NCBI GenBank assembly: GCA_011109175.1
Contig: RDEW01000028.1
Coordinates: forward strand, 1-64,000
Reading direction: 5' to 3'
DNA from: Dicyema japonicum
Lineage: Eukaryota > Animalia > Dicyemida
Length of the DNA stretch: 64,000 nucleotides
Part shown: positions 25,520 through 37,240 of the stretch, one piece after another
Position numbering within the stretch: the first letter of the stretch is position 1
How the letters are laid out: every line of letters begins with the position of its first letter
Made by a program: the position numbers and the translations under genes
The notes under the pieces: generated by a model
Seen by the model: only the letters and a program-made list of their open reading frames with translations
Told to the model about the DNA's origin: nothing
Databases searched by the model: none

Positions 25520-25850
25520 AGCAGGGTGACATTGTGCTTAGGTGTCGGGCTAAGGTGGCTTAGGTCATGGGTTCGATTCTCGCTGCTCTTCACCTGGTGA
25601 AGGTTTCACGCATCTACGATGCGGAAAGGGCTTGACGAATGACGCCGTCGTCAGTGGATACTCACTGCGGAACTGGATAGTCAAAAGGACATACACACAA
25701 GAAAAAGAAAAACAAAGTGAAGAGCATTCCTTGGTTCTCCCTATACGATTAGTTATAATAACTGTTCTTTATTTAATGTGTGTTCTGCACGAGCGAAACC
25801 ATAGGCATTTTACGTGCTTATGGCAACGCGGTAGTGCTTAATCAATTAAT
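25520..25850 (+). mobile_element. SINE-like repeat copy 3 (most complete)
   Basis: tRNA-like head AGCAG...GGGTTCGATTCTCGCTGCT, core GGGCTTGACGAATGACGCCGTCGTCAGTGGATACTCACTGCGGAACTGGAT, then AGCATTCCTTGGTTCTCCCTATACGATTAGTTAT. Confidence 0.75.
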
Positions 25851-25939
25851 AATCATCAATATCTGATCGAATGGTTGACAACGGCACTCACATTTCTGTA
25901 TCAATATTTTTTAAAATTTTCCGTTTGTTTTTATTTAAT

Positions 25940-26400
25940 ATGATGAGTGTAGAAAAACCTGTTTCGCTAAACACAATGTGATGACACTATCTCATTATTA
26001 ATATATTTAACAAATAAAACAAGTCCATTAAGACGACCAGACATAGACATTTGTACATATACAATTGGCGAAATATTATTGAAATAGAAATAATCATTCA
26101 ATACCGTGAACATGTCAATTGCTCCAGTTGTAGTTAAAAGAAGCTTACAGAACAAGTATTGTTCCGTTGAGCTCACAAAAGTATCACTAAACAACATTTG
26201 ACTGGATTTACAATAGTGAAAACTAAATAATACTCGTGTTTTTCAAATGCATAAAATAATCCACAGATTTGAATAGTCCGGATGCTTGGAAGAAAAATGT
26301 CTATTTAGTTTGCTAGGAAGCATAGCATCATTTACCAAAACTTCCATGAAAATTAGGCATTGCTGTAGTTTTTTTTTATCGTCGCATGTAAATCCAAATG
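25940..26400 (-). mobile_element. Buster/Charlie-type hAT transposase fragment
   Basis: EQYLFCKLLLTTTGAIDMFTVLNDYF..MSGRLNGLV..EIVSSHC matches the Buster catalytic core region (LFCK..TTT...AM.G..SG..HC). Confidence 0.75.
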
Positions 26401-26435
26401 ACAAATAAAAATCTTTAAATGAACCAGGAATTGAC

Positions 26436-28010
26436 TTACGTTATTATTATTAGCACTCTCAATAGAGCCATAATATTTATAGCCACGCATGTGCAGGCTT
26501 TTCTGTTCTTAGCCAGATCCCTCAGTGTGTCCAGGTCGTCGTTAGATGCCAATGTTTTCTTTACGGCTTTCAGATCGTTTTGTAAAATGACCGGAAGGGT
26601 TGTTCTCGGTCTTGCACGAAAGCGTTTTACATTGGAGGAGTAGTAATCTTCCATGGCAATATTCGGGGGGATGTCAGGTCCAACCTCAGGACGTGTCTAA
26701 AGAGTCTCCAACGAGAGCTAATCTCGAGACTTATTGGTGTACATTCACACTTATTGTGCAGTCTTTTCTGCGAGATCTTGGATGGCCAGGACATTCCAGT
26801 TATATTTCTTAGATGATTCCTGTGAAACGATTCTAGCCTCTCCAATTCCTCTTTAGAGGTGGTCCAGGTCCCAGAGTTGTATAGTAGATTGGTTTGATGA
26901 AAGGTGTCGTATAACATTATCCTTTGTTTTATGTTATTCCTTTCCGTTTTAGACATAGATTTTTCAGCCTGTGTAATGCCGCGTTTGCCAAGGTTTTTCT
27001 CCGTATGATTTCTTCACTATCTCTTAATAGGAGCCAAGTTTCTTTGTGTCTTTTTTTCTTCGAGTGAGTTATTCATTCGTCTTATTTCTGTCCGTTCTGT
27101 TTTTTCCCTGTTCACGGTAAAAAACTATTTCCCAAGTATACCTAGTGCTTTTTCTAGTACATGTTCCAGGAGTTCTTTGTCTTTGGAGATTAGGTCGACA
27201 TCATCAGCATAAATCACTTCTATTTTTTCTTTGGTATAATGGTCTCAGTTCCTTCATAGCGGCATCCAAGTATATTGTGAATAGTAGCGGAGACAGGGAG
27301 TCTCCCTGAGGAGTGCCTGTGTTTGTTTCAAAGTTTCTTGAGTAGGTTTTTCCAACTCTCATAAGGAGCTCTGTGTTAGATAGCAGGATTTGAGTCATCC
27401 TTAGACTCGATTCGTTAATAAACCCTTCCAGAACTGTCATCAGTTTGTTCTTGTTAACCGAGTCGAAGGCTTTTGATAGATCTATTCCCAGAATGTGGGT
27501 GGCATTGCAATATCTTTGATGTGTTGCACATCTCCATTTGTGACTCCATACTGCATCAGCTGTTGATCTTCCTTCTCTGAACCCACTTTGATTTTCGGGT
27601 AGGTATTCATAGGCGGGTCCTTTTATTCGTTCCAATACAATGTTAGCTAAGACTTTCCGTAGAGAATTTGATAATATAATTGGTCGTAAGTTTTCAACCG
27701 GTCCTTTGGGTTTATTGTTTTTGTATAAGTATTAGTAATCCCGTTCCCAGGGCAAGTTGAGTTAGTTGAAAACATTTCATTTAGTAGTGTAGCAATTTTT
27801 TCAAAAAGAAGGTCAGGGCCGTTTTTCAGTAATTTTGGGTTTATCGTATCTGGTCCGGGGCTTCTGTTATTTTTTAGTTTTTGACATGCTGCTTTTACTT
27901 CCAACGTTGTAATTGGTTCTTTCAATTGTCTTACCTATCGGTTCTTTGGGAGCGTCCGCTCTTGGCTCTAACGTTCTTGTTAGCCATCGGTTTCTTTCAC
28001 TCAAGGGACC
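26436..28010 (-). mobile_element. RTE-clade non-LTR retrotransposon, 5'-truncated
   Basis: KNNRSPGPD, NQSGFREGRSTAD, GIDLSKAFDSV, GTPQGDSLSPLLF, YADD, LLYNSGTWT, FRARPRTTLP, (TAA)n 3' tail. Confidence 0.9.
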
Positions 28011-28418
28011 GGGAGTAAATAAATATATTACAAAATAAACAATCATGTTGTGGGTTCTAAGCTCTGTTTTTAAAAACCTTGATATCCATGCCGCTTCTGA
28101 CAGATGATCCCCATAGTTCTTATGGCTGAACTTAATTCTATCCTTGATACTTTATGCATCCGACAGTACTTATGTACGGACCTTCAGGTTTCCTATATCT
28201 CCTGAGTCCGTCACCCAGTCCATACTAAACCATAAAGTGGACATGAGCAATCATTATAGGAATTAGACATTTCATGTAATAAAGGTACGTCCCCACCTTC
28301 CGACCAAGAGTGACTAAATCATCTTCCATTTTAGCCACTGAGGCAGTCAATCCTCGGTCCCTAAAGCTAGCTATTAAAAAGAGTTAATCCATTACTGAAC
28401 AAAAATATAACAAATCAT

Positions 28419-28992
28419 TCAAGCGTTGTTTTTCAACCATCCAGCAACGTCAAATTCAGGAAAAAGAAGCCCCGATTCTTTCAACACGGATCCTTCACAG
28501 TCTGAAATTACACTTTAAAATACCAGAGGCGTGGATGGCATTTCTGGTGTCAGAGAATCCGTGAATTCCGCGAATTGAGTCAGGCTGAGTATATTGTGTA
28601 CTACAAATCTTAGAACCCACAACATGTAGACTTTAGTGAAACCAATCATCTCCCGCAAATCAGCGATGGCATTTTCCTTAGAAAGAATCAAAAGACCTAC
28701 AGGACCGCTAAGACTGACCTTATTAACTACCTAGACATGTAGGAGACCAAACGAAAATAAAAAAACTTGTCTGGAAGTCATCACAAGACAAACCTCGGTG
28801 ATCCCAGTAAAAACTGCGGGACTGCGACATCGTAAGGTGAGTGACTTTGTTAGCGACGATACTGAATCCCCGATTTTTGATGAGGTTGATGATTTCCTGC
28901 AATAGTGAGATCATGACTACATCGTAGCGATATTTTTGCATTATAATATCTGGTTTTAATATTGAAAACGTGACTTGCAGCCTTGTAGCCAT
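28419..28992 (-). CDS. NME6: Nucleoside diphosphate kinase 6
   Basis: Splicing five 22-24 nt introns gives LQVTFSILKPD..FYWDHRDKFFYFRLVSYMSSGPV..AIADLREMIG..PDSIRGIHGFSDTRNAIHASD..LFPEFD..W, matching NME6 including the catalytic His. One apparent 1-nt deletion near 28470. Confidence 0.88.
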
Positions 28993-29079
28993 TTTTGTTA
29001 ATTAATTAAAATTATATTTTGAAATATTTTAAAATTTAAAATTAATAAAATAGTCTATTAATTTAAGTAGGTATATTTT
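28993..29079. promoter_or_regulatory. Probable bidirectional promoter, 87 bp, very AT-rich
   Basis: Lies between the divergent ATGs of NME6 (28992) and the ankyrin gene (29080). Position-based inference only. Confidence 0.5.
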
Positions 29080-32000
29080 ATGACGTCAATCCATGAATTG
29101 GAAGTTTAATACTGTTTTTTTTAATTTACTAGACTCAACTATTAAAGTCATGCTTTGCAGGAAACTCAGAGTCCATAAGAATACATATGACACAAAAAGC
29201 GTCTATAAAATTATCAGTTTTGTCAAATTTATCACATTAGACCGAATTTTATCGCAAATTACTTTACGCAGCAGCCTACAACTCAGAAGACGAGATTATC
29301 ACTTATTTACTTGATTACGGACTCGATGTTAACGATATTGACTCTGCTTGGCGAAACCCTCTCCACTATGCCGCTTATTCCGCCTCTCAAGTACAACACA
29401 TGCGCTAGTTAGATGCTCTCGACGGTAGAACTCCTCCTTAAGAAAGGATCCCAGCCTAATCGGTGCAACAAACTGTGGCAGATTCCTCTCTTTGTAGCAC
29501 TCATTCACAGCAACCAGATAATATGTCAGTTTTTATTGGACAATACACGTGATTTGAATGCCAAAGACAAAAGTGGGTACACTGCAATCCATTATGCTGT
29601 ACAAAGCGGCTCCTTGGAGGTAATTCTGTATAAATATTTCAGAAAGTGAAGATTGTTTTGGCCAAGATGTCAAAGATTCTCCATGCTGACGTTATGGGGA
29701 GGACTGCCCTCCATTTGGCGGCTATTTTGGACAATTCGGACATAATTGATGTTTTGGCTGATTTTGATCGGTCAATTGTGAATAAGTGTGACAAAAGGGG
29801 AAACACTCCTCTCCACTATTCCTCCAGTTTGGGGTCTACTTCTGCTGTGGCTTTACTAATTGAGAAGGGTGCCAATGTTGATCAACGGAACTGTGCAGGG
29901 AACACACCACTCCACGTTGCCTGTCTTAACGACAGAGAAAATGTCATTGAACTACTAGTCGCTAACAAATGTGATGTTAACATTTTAAATGACCATAAAT
30001 ATGTAGTATTCATGCTTTATTAAAGTCCCCACTCCACTATTCCCTCAGAATGCACGTGGGTGTATATTCTGCATTGATCAAAGCCTCTGCCAGCACTGAG
30101 GACACAGTATGAGTAGTTTATTAGGTAAGGGCTCTGATTACAGTATCCTGCACATGGCAGTGTACTACAACAATGTAGAGGTGATAAAACAGCTTATTTC
30201 TGGTGGAGTTAATCTCGACTTTCAGGACATTGAAGGGAATACTGCTCTCCACTTGGCAGTGATTAGACGCAACTACATACTTGCACGAGTGCTGATATTG
30301 GCTGGCTGTGATGTGAACATGTGACTATGTAATCTCATCATAGTAAGGGGAAGGACGCCATGCTTCCCTTCCACATGGCTTGCTGTTAATGGGGATGTTG
30401 AGTTGGCCTACTTATTAGCTGGGAAGATGGACTACTCGGGGGATGATGACATATTCGGTCGTTCCTGCTCAGCCATGGCACTTCTTGTTGAGTAAATGAC
30501 TCTTAATTGCAGTGATGGACTATTTGAGAGGTTCTACATGGGGGATACTTTGTCTGTGGACCTTAATAAACGGTTGTATGATGGTAATAGTGTAGGACGT
30601 TGTTACATTACGCAACAGTAGGTGTTAAGTGTCCTCAATCCATTATGTCTTCTGTTAATATAAACGCCTTTGACGATAGTGGGAGGACAGTCATGCACTA
30701 TGCGGCTTATTATGGGAGAAACAAGTAGTGTATTTTCTTATTAGAATGCTGCATGAGTTGTACGTTAATGGTGGAGACTTTACTCTAAAGGACACATGCA
30801 ATGGGTTCACTAGCTTCCATTACTCTGCCTTTACGAATAATGAATATATCTACCATGTATGGTTATGTGTGTATGTAGATCACTGAGGAAGAGGAAAACC
30901 TAGAGATTGTGCTGAGGGATGGTCCTTGTACACCTCTACATATTGCTGTTGCTATTTATCATTATTCTAGGCTTTCTTTGGGAATAACCACACTGTTAAC
31001 TGTATTTTGAATAAATTTCCTGTACTTATGGACAATATCGATGACTTTGGTGAGTGGAATTATAATTGTAGGTTACACCCCCTTGGAGTATGCGGCCTTT
31101 GGGAATAAGTTGAGTACTGTTCAGCTTCTTCTCAGTTTTGGTGCCTCTCCATGTAGTAGGAAACACAGGTCGATCCTACATTTGTTGTGCAAATTGGGGT
31201 CACCCAGATTGGACAGGATCACTGATTCCTTATCTGACTACTACAATGTCCTGGACAAGGAGGGAAGGTCACTTGTATTGTATAGTTTAAGAAGTCCCCT
31301 TTTGGTGGCCTACGAGTACGGACATGTGGATTCAATTGAGATGACTTCGTCAAATATCCACTTTAAGGACAAATTCCAAACCACTATTCTTCACAGAACC
31401 GTAATTTTACTATAAATTGTAGGCATTCCTGGGGTTGAATGATGTGACGAAGCTGTTGATGAACTTTGGGGTACGGTGGTCGATCGCTGATATTCACGGA
31501 AAACTGTGTACTCACTATGCTGTGATAGCTAATAACCTCTCCACGTTGATGATGGAACCATATTTCTATGTGGGGGTTTTAGTGACTTTAGGAGATTCAC
31601 AAGAGCTATACAGTTGAGGACAGCTATGGGTTTACCCCCATTCACTGGGCTGTGTATTGTGGACATAGTTTGATGGTGGAGCACATGTTTTGTTATATTA
31701 CGAGTGAAGAGTTGGTTAGGTATTGTGAGGGAACTGGTAAGGTAAGTCCTCTCCACTGTGCTGTGTTTGTGTAGTACTCATTGTAGAATTAATGATGACA
31801 TAAAAATCACCAAACTTATAATAGAGCAGGCTGATATGTATTACACAAAATTGGTTAAACACGTGGATAGTTCTAACAGAAATGTTATGCACTATTGTGC
31901 GTACTATGATGCCAAAAACTGTTACGAGTTCTTTGATTCCCTCAATATTGACCTGAATACTCTGGACAACAACAAACGTACCCCAATGGCTGTAGCCGTC

Positions 32001-32471
32001 ATATGTGGGGCTCTTAATGTCCTTGGTAGCATTTTGTTATGATTTTAGAACTTATAGGACAAAGCATGATGGTGGATGCCGATTTTGCTGACGCTGAGGG
32101 ACGGACGTACCTGCATCTGGCTTGTATGTCGGTAGTAATGTGCTCATTGTAGCCTACCACTGATTGTTTCCAACTTATCTATGGGAATTTTGCCTCTATT
32201 AACCAGAGGGATGTGTTTGGAAGAAGGTGATTATTAGTTTTACTGGTAGTCCCATTTTTTACGCGGCAAAAAACGGTTATGGTGAAATTGTGGACAGATT
32301 GATCAAAAAGGGGGCTGATGTTGATATCATAGATGTGGAGGGTACTCTCTTATTATATTGGTAGGTCTTACTCCATTTGAGTTTGCATTAGGAAAGATTG
32401 GATATAGTCTGTTGGGATTGGCTCGTAGGATGACAGTTGATGAATTGAGTGAGGAAGATTCATCTGATTAA
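29080..32471 (+). CDS. PP6 regulatory ankyrin-repeat subunit (ANKRD28/44/52 family)
   Basis: More than 20 ankyrin repeats split by many micro-introns (e.g. 29620-29642, 23 nt). Family-diagnostic stretches GNTPLHVACLN and SPLHCAV|INDD (cf. SPLHCAVIND). Ends ...EEDSSD* at 32469-32471. Confidence 0.82.
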
Positions 32472-32599
32472 TTAATTTTTATATTGTTTATGTGGATTTT
32501 AATCTTATATTTCGATTATAATGTTTAGATAATATTTACTTGGTTTTATAAATCAATTAAGGCTTTATTGTTAATAAATTTTTATTATGAAAAAAAATT

Positions 32600-32882
32600 A
32601 AGGCACTCAGCTATGAAACGTCAACTAATAATTCCCTTCTCAAGACAGACTTATCCACTCGGGACAGACGGAATTAGAACTCAGCCAATGGTGCATCCGA
32701 TGCTTCATTGTATTTGAAAGTTCGTCTATCTCATGATACAAATAAGGGTGACTATAGGTTACCTCCAAGTTGAAGAGATTATGTGTACTATAGTTATGCT
32801 TTAGTGCGTCAGAATACATTATTAGATCATAACCGCAAGGCCAACTGGTCTTGTTAGCTTTAGTCTTTCTAAACGATAACAT
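32600..32882 (-). CDS. Small unidentified gene candidate, tail-to-tail with the ankyrin gene
   Basis: ORF 32640-32882 with basic N-terminus (MLSFRKTKANK) and several GT-AG 23-35 nt segments. No family recognised. Confidence 0.3.
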
Positions 32883-33824
32883 TTTTTAATTTTTTTAATT
32901 ACTAGAGAATACATGGGATCAATCTAGGGAGATTCTAGAAATTTTGTTTTTTTATATTAACGTCAAAATAAGATCATAAATACCTTTAAAATGTGGTGTT
33001 GGTGGTATTGGAGTCCAACCAGACGCATGTCATTGACTCTAATTAACTGAGAGATCCTGTAATTGAGGGACCATAGGGTATATACCGAGTCCTTGTCTTA
33101 CATGTGGTTCTTTCTAATAAATATTTTTTTCATTATGAGAGATTAAAAGTACGATGATAGATTTGGATTGAAACTATGAAAATGATAAGAGGACCTTATC
33201 GACTTTCATGAGTGTTGAATATTTCACTGCGAATTCTGATAATATTTAGTTCACAATCTTTCTTAAACAAATTATTCGAATAATTTTTTTGTGTCTCAAC
33301 ATGATCGGGTTATGATTGTTAGAGAAGTCAGTCTCCGGTAGAAAATCAATGAACACAAAGAAGTCTTATGAGTCTTAACATGATCCCTTTATGATCGTTA
33401 AATAAATCATAATGGACCCTAACGAAGAGAGACATACAACGATAGATCATTGAAAATGAAGCTACCCTTCTTTGAATTGGGCGTCTTAGATGAAGTAAAT
33501 GGTTCTGTCCTTTCATCAGACTGATATAGGTATCTAAGAATAATCATCTCGCTTAGAGTTTACAGAATATACTCGCCATTCTGATACCTCCCTATGTTTG
33601 TCCCTAAAAAATGAGGATGGAGAATACTATCAAGGGCAGAAGTAGGTCTTTCAATCTCGGAGTCCGCCTTGAGATTTGCAATAGGAGATTTAGTTTCAGA
33701 ACTTTGTTGGTGATTTCATTAAAATTTATTTAGAATCCCAGGATCACAAAATATGGCACAAAAATAGTCGAAAGCATGTAACAAGCGAAACCATAAACAC
33801 TGTTTACTGGCAACGAGGACATGC

Positions 33825-34650
33825 ATTAACTAACTAACCCGGGATCACAGAGAAAGAAAAAACGTCAGACAGTAATCCCAGTTGCCGCAATCAAACGAGC
33901 CATCCAACGTCTGCGGTCTCCCATTGTTCCTATTACCGGCGAAAGAGCCTTCTCTCATCCCTGCAAATAATCCGATTGGGGAAGGGAACGTCCTAATTAA
34001 TCGACTTTTTTTACACGGAAAAGGACAGGCTAAGCGGGTTATAGTCCTCCTTACAGACCCGAAGGAATCCGGATCCGCCGGACTAGCGCGCGTACAGCGT
34101 TCAACTTCTTCAGATCTTTAATGAATACTTTTTCGCATGTGAGTTGAAATTCAACAACCAGTCGATCGATTGCGTGTTGCAGTTATTAAGTCGTCTCCGT
34201 AGGATAATAACAATAAATTTTCGTCCTCGTAATTTGGTAGGTCGTGAAGGAAAAGAGTAAAAAGGTCGGAGTGAGTGGAGAAGCTTGGGGTTCTCAGTTA
34301 TTTAGTAGTTGTGACCTCGATCTAAGATACCTGCAGACAACTCTTCCACGTCGCCCAGAGAGAAAGTTGGCCAGCCACAGCTTTAGGTTTGGACGAACTT
34401 TCGAATCGAAAATCTTCCCAATAAGAAGCTTAAGATCTTTGCCTTCTTCAATTCATAAAGGCGTCAGAACATAACTCAACGAGACTCCGAGTTCCTGACA
34501 CCCAAAAAGGATCTCCTATTCCCCACTCCAGTAGAGCTGTTACCACAATTGCCAATATGAAAAGACGTGATGCATGAAAGTAGAGTCTCACTCCGACCAT
34601 GGGAACTAGATAGAACTTCTTTAGGTATATCCAGACTTATTAAAAAACAA
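33825..34650 (-). mobile_element. LINE family A-related RT fragment with 3' end
   Basis: NLKLWLANFLSGRRGRVV on the minus strand. Family-like 3' UTR (TGTGATCCCGGGTTAGTTAG) at about 33830-33850. Confidence 0.7.
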
Positions 34651-34925
34651 AGGCGCCATACATTCTGGAGGGAAGGGAGTAAATCTTTAAATTAAATTAG
34701 AATTATTCCAAAGACAAAGGGTAACGAAACTAACTAACTCTGATCCTGACTCGTTCCAGAACTTGTCTCCAGGTAACGACATTGTCCCCGAGGAAAGAAA
34801 TTGAAATAAACAATATTTTATCTAAAAAATATAAAACTAATAAATATTATAATAAATAATTATAATAAAATAGCGCGCAAATATTTTGTTACTTTTTGTA
34901 GTGTCTTGTTTTTTTATATTTTAAG

Positions 34926-35380
34926 ATGAATTCAAGAGAAAGAATTGTTATAAATTCCGACAACAAAGTACTTATCTTAATAATTTAAGGAAAATGTCGA
35001 CTTGGCTTCTCACAAAAATTCTATAAAAGACCAAAATAGCGGAAAAACGGAAAATTTATTTGTTCTCACCAACTCCCAGGAGTGTTCCAACTCGCTGGAT
35101 ATTTCAACACAGGTAGAATGTTTTTCCTTTCTTTAAAGAATGAAGCATCACTGAAGCTCACTGATGGTCTGTCGTATTCTTATCTTTCAGAGGACTCATT
35201 GGAATATTTGAAGCAATTGGCTGAGGAAAGAAGACTCGCTTTGGCTGAAGCACTCCAAGAAAACGAAGAAGTATCTGTTATCCCGTATTTTAGCTTGTTG
35301 AAGAAATCCGTCAGCTGAATTCCGTAGTTGTGTCCATGGCTGAGAGAATTATTGAGTTGGAATATTCCCAACGTGACTAA
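34926..35380 (+). CDS. GMNN: Geminin-family protein, 119 aa
   Basis: Removing 22+26+24+23 nt introns from 455 nt leaves exactly 360 nt of open frame, containing YLKQLAEERRLALAEALQENEELVEEIRQL (geminin coiled coil, cf. [23 protein letters not shown]). GMNN vs MCIDAS/GMNC not formally resolved. Confidence 0.85.
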
Positions 35381-35529
35381 TTGTTTACTGTTAAAGATGC
35401 TTAATTTTGTAAATTTAAGTGGATTTATTGATTTACGTCAGTTAAATGTGACTGATTGACTTGTCAAATACGTCTGTGTTGTGTCGTGGCTAGTGATATT
35501 TGTCTATTCCACTCTCTATGTAAAGTTGA

Positions 35530-35770
35530 AAGCGGGAAAAAATCGCAAGCCCAATGTTCTGGAAAAGCCATCTCGTCATTCTAAGTTCACCCTTCCGTTT
35601 CCCCACAAGCCGTCCGATTAACTTATAAAATCAGACATCTCAACGGAGATCGGCTGGAAAACGAACTGGTCCGTGATGTCATGGTACTTCCTCTTTTCCA
35701 AATATTCATCAGTGCTCGCTGTGGAAACCTCGTGTAACGATGACTTAATCAAATTTTCATTAGAGAATGG
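35530..35770 (-). mobile_element. CRE-clade REL C-terminal fragment
   Basis: EKRKYHDITDQFVFQPISVEMS and TRWLFQNIGLAI resemble the C-termini of the CRE copies at 3.1k and 46.7k. Confidence 0.6.
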
Positions 35771-36159
35771 ACACTTTATCGGAAAAAATTAAAAATACTA
35801 TTTAGTCAAAATCGATTGTTAAGACTTATATGAAAGATTTGTGGTTATTTGAGATAATATTTTCTTTGATGATGGCAAACCTTAATGAAAAGATAATAGA
35901 TGTTTATTCCAACTTCAAAGTTATCCTGAGAAGTGTAGGGCCCACTTGATTGTCCAGACAAATCAGCAATAAGGACTAAGCGTGCTACAGTCTATCTAAA
36001 AAAAGACTTTGATGTAGTTTTAATTTTAATATTCAGAAAGTAGACAGTTAAATTAAATTATCATCCATGCATGACTTTATGAATAACAAACATATAAACG
36101 ATTAAGTGAATTGCACTAACGCACTTAAAGAAAGTCAAGGACATCCAGTTCTTAGTGAT

Positions 36160-37240
36160 TAGAACTCTAAAGAAGTATTCAGCTTCCTTTGGGAAAACGA
36201 GTGTGCGGTTTATCTCATGTTAATCCCTGTGGAAAACTTATGGAAGTTCTGAAGAGTTTTCTTCACCCAGACGACGTTAAAATAATTTGCCTTCTCATGT
36301 AGAACACTCACCTTTCTGTCAATATTAGCAAATGTACCTTCAATCTTTTTCGACTTCAAGTGGAGTTCCACAGGGGACTCACTATCCCCGGTCCTCTTCA
36401 TTGTTTATTTTAAAGCTGCACGAAGAGAGTTGAAAACAACTATGACGATCTGGATTTTGTCTCTGAGGATACTCAAACACTTCAGTACATGTTCAGTGTA
36501 CTCCTACACATATTTTCGAAACGGTTCTTAATCGTGAATCCCGACAAAACGGAGTTTACAACGCTTACACGTAATGATCGGACAATTCATGGAGAAGGCA
36601 AAAGAAAGTTGGCTCGCTTCTTGGAGACTCTGAAGATGTAACTCGTAGGAAGATCCTTGCTATGAGTGCACTGAAAAAAATATCGTCAATATGGAGCCAC
36701 AAGAAGAGGATAGGACTAAGGCTTAGAATAAACAAAACTTTTGTCATCCCGGTACTAACCTACAACTCTGGGACTTGGTGAATCTCTAAACGGGAAATGG
36801 ACCGTCTTGACTCCTTCACAGAGCTCAAATCGGTAATCAAGATCAACTGGCCTATGAAGATCTCTAATGAAAACCTTTATAATAAATGCAAATCCGCTGT
36901 GCTGTCAAATGATATTTTCAAATCAAGATGGAGCCTCTGTGGCCACATGTTACGTCTAACTGACCAGGTCTCCGCTAATGTCGCAATGGACAACTACTTC
37001 GCACACACAGGAGTCGGATTCGCAAACACAGAGGTCAACAACGTCACTTCCGACTATCTTGAACGAAGAACTATCGGCGGTTGATATGAGACTAACTTGG
37101 GCGGACGACCAGGACTACCTAAGAGAACTAGCGAGCAGCAGAGGATCACGGTGGAGGCTGACGGAGAGGATGATTAAAAATACGGCACAAGGAAAACCTA
37201 ACTAATTTTATGTTTTCTCGGGAGTGCTTTTTAATAATAA
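36160..37240 (+). mobile_element. RTE-clade retrotransposon 3' half
   Basis: GVPQGDSLSPVLFIVY, LTYNSGTW, RWSLCGHMLRL, AMDNYF and 3' end GAGTGCTTTTTAATAATAATAA. Confidence 0.85.

Noticed and set aside
25520-25590. Functional tRNA genes at the B-box hits (9490, 16102, 21202, 25570, 38990)
   Set aside because: None folds into a complete cloverleaf with a canonical anticodon loop. Treated as SINE heads or pseudogenes.
28044-28626. MITE or solo LTR defined by the 18-bp inverted repeat
   Set aside because: No target-site duplication, and one arm plus part of the interior are NME6 exons and an intron.
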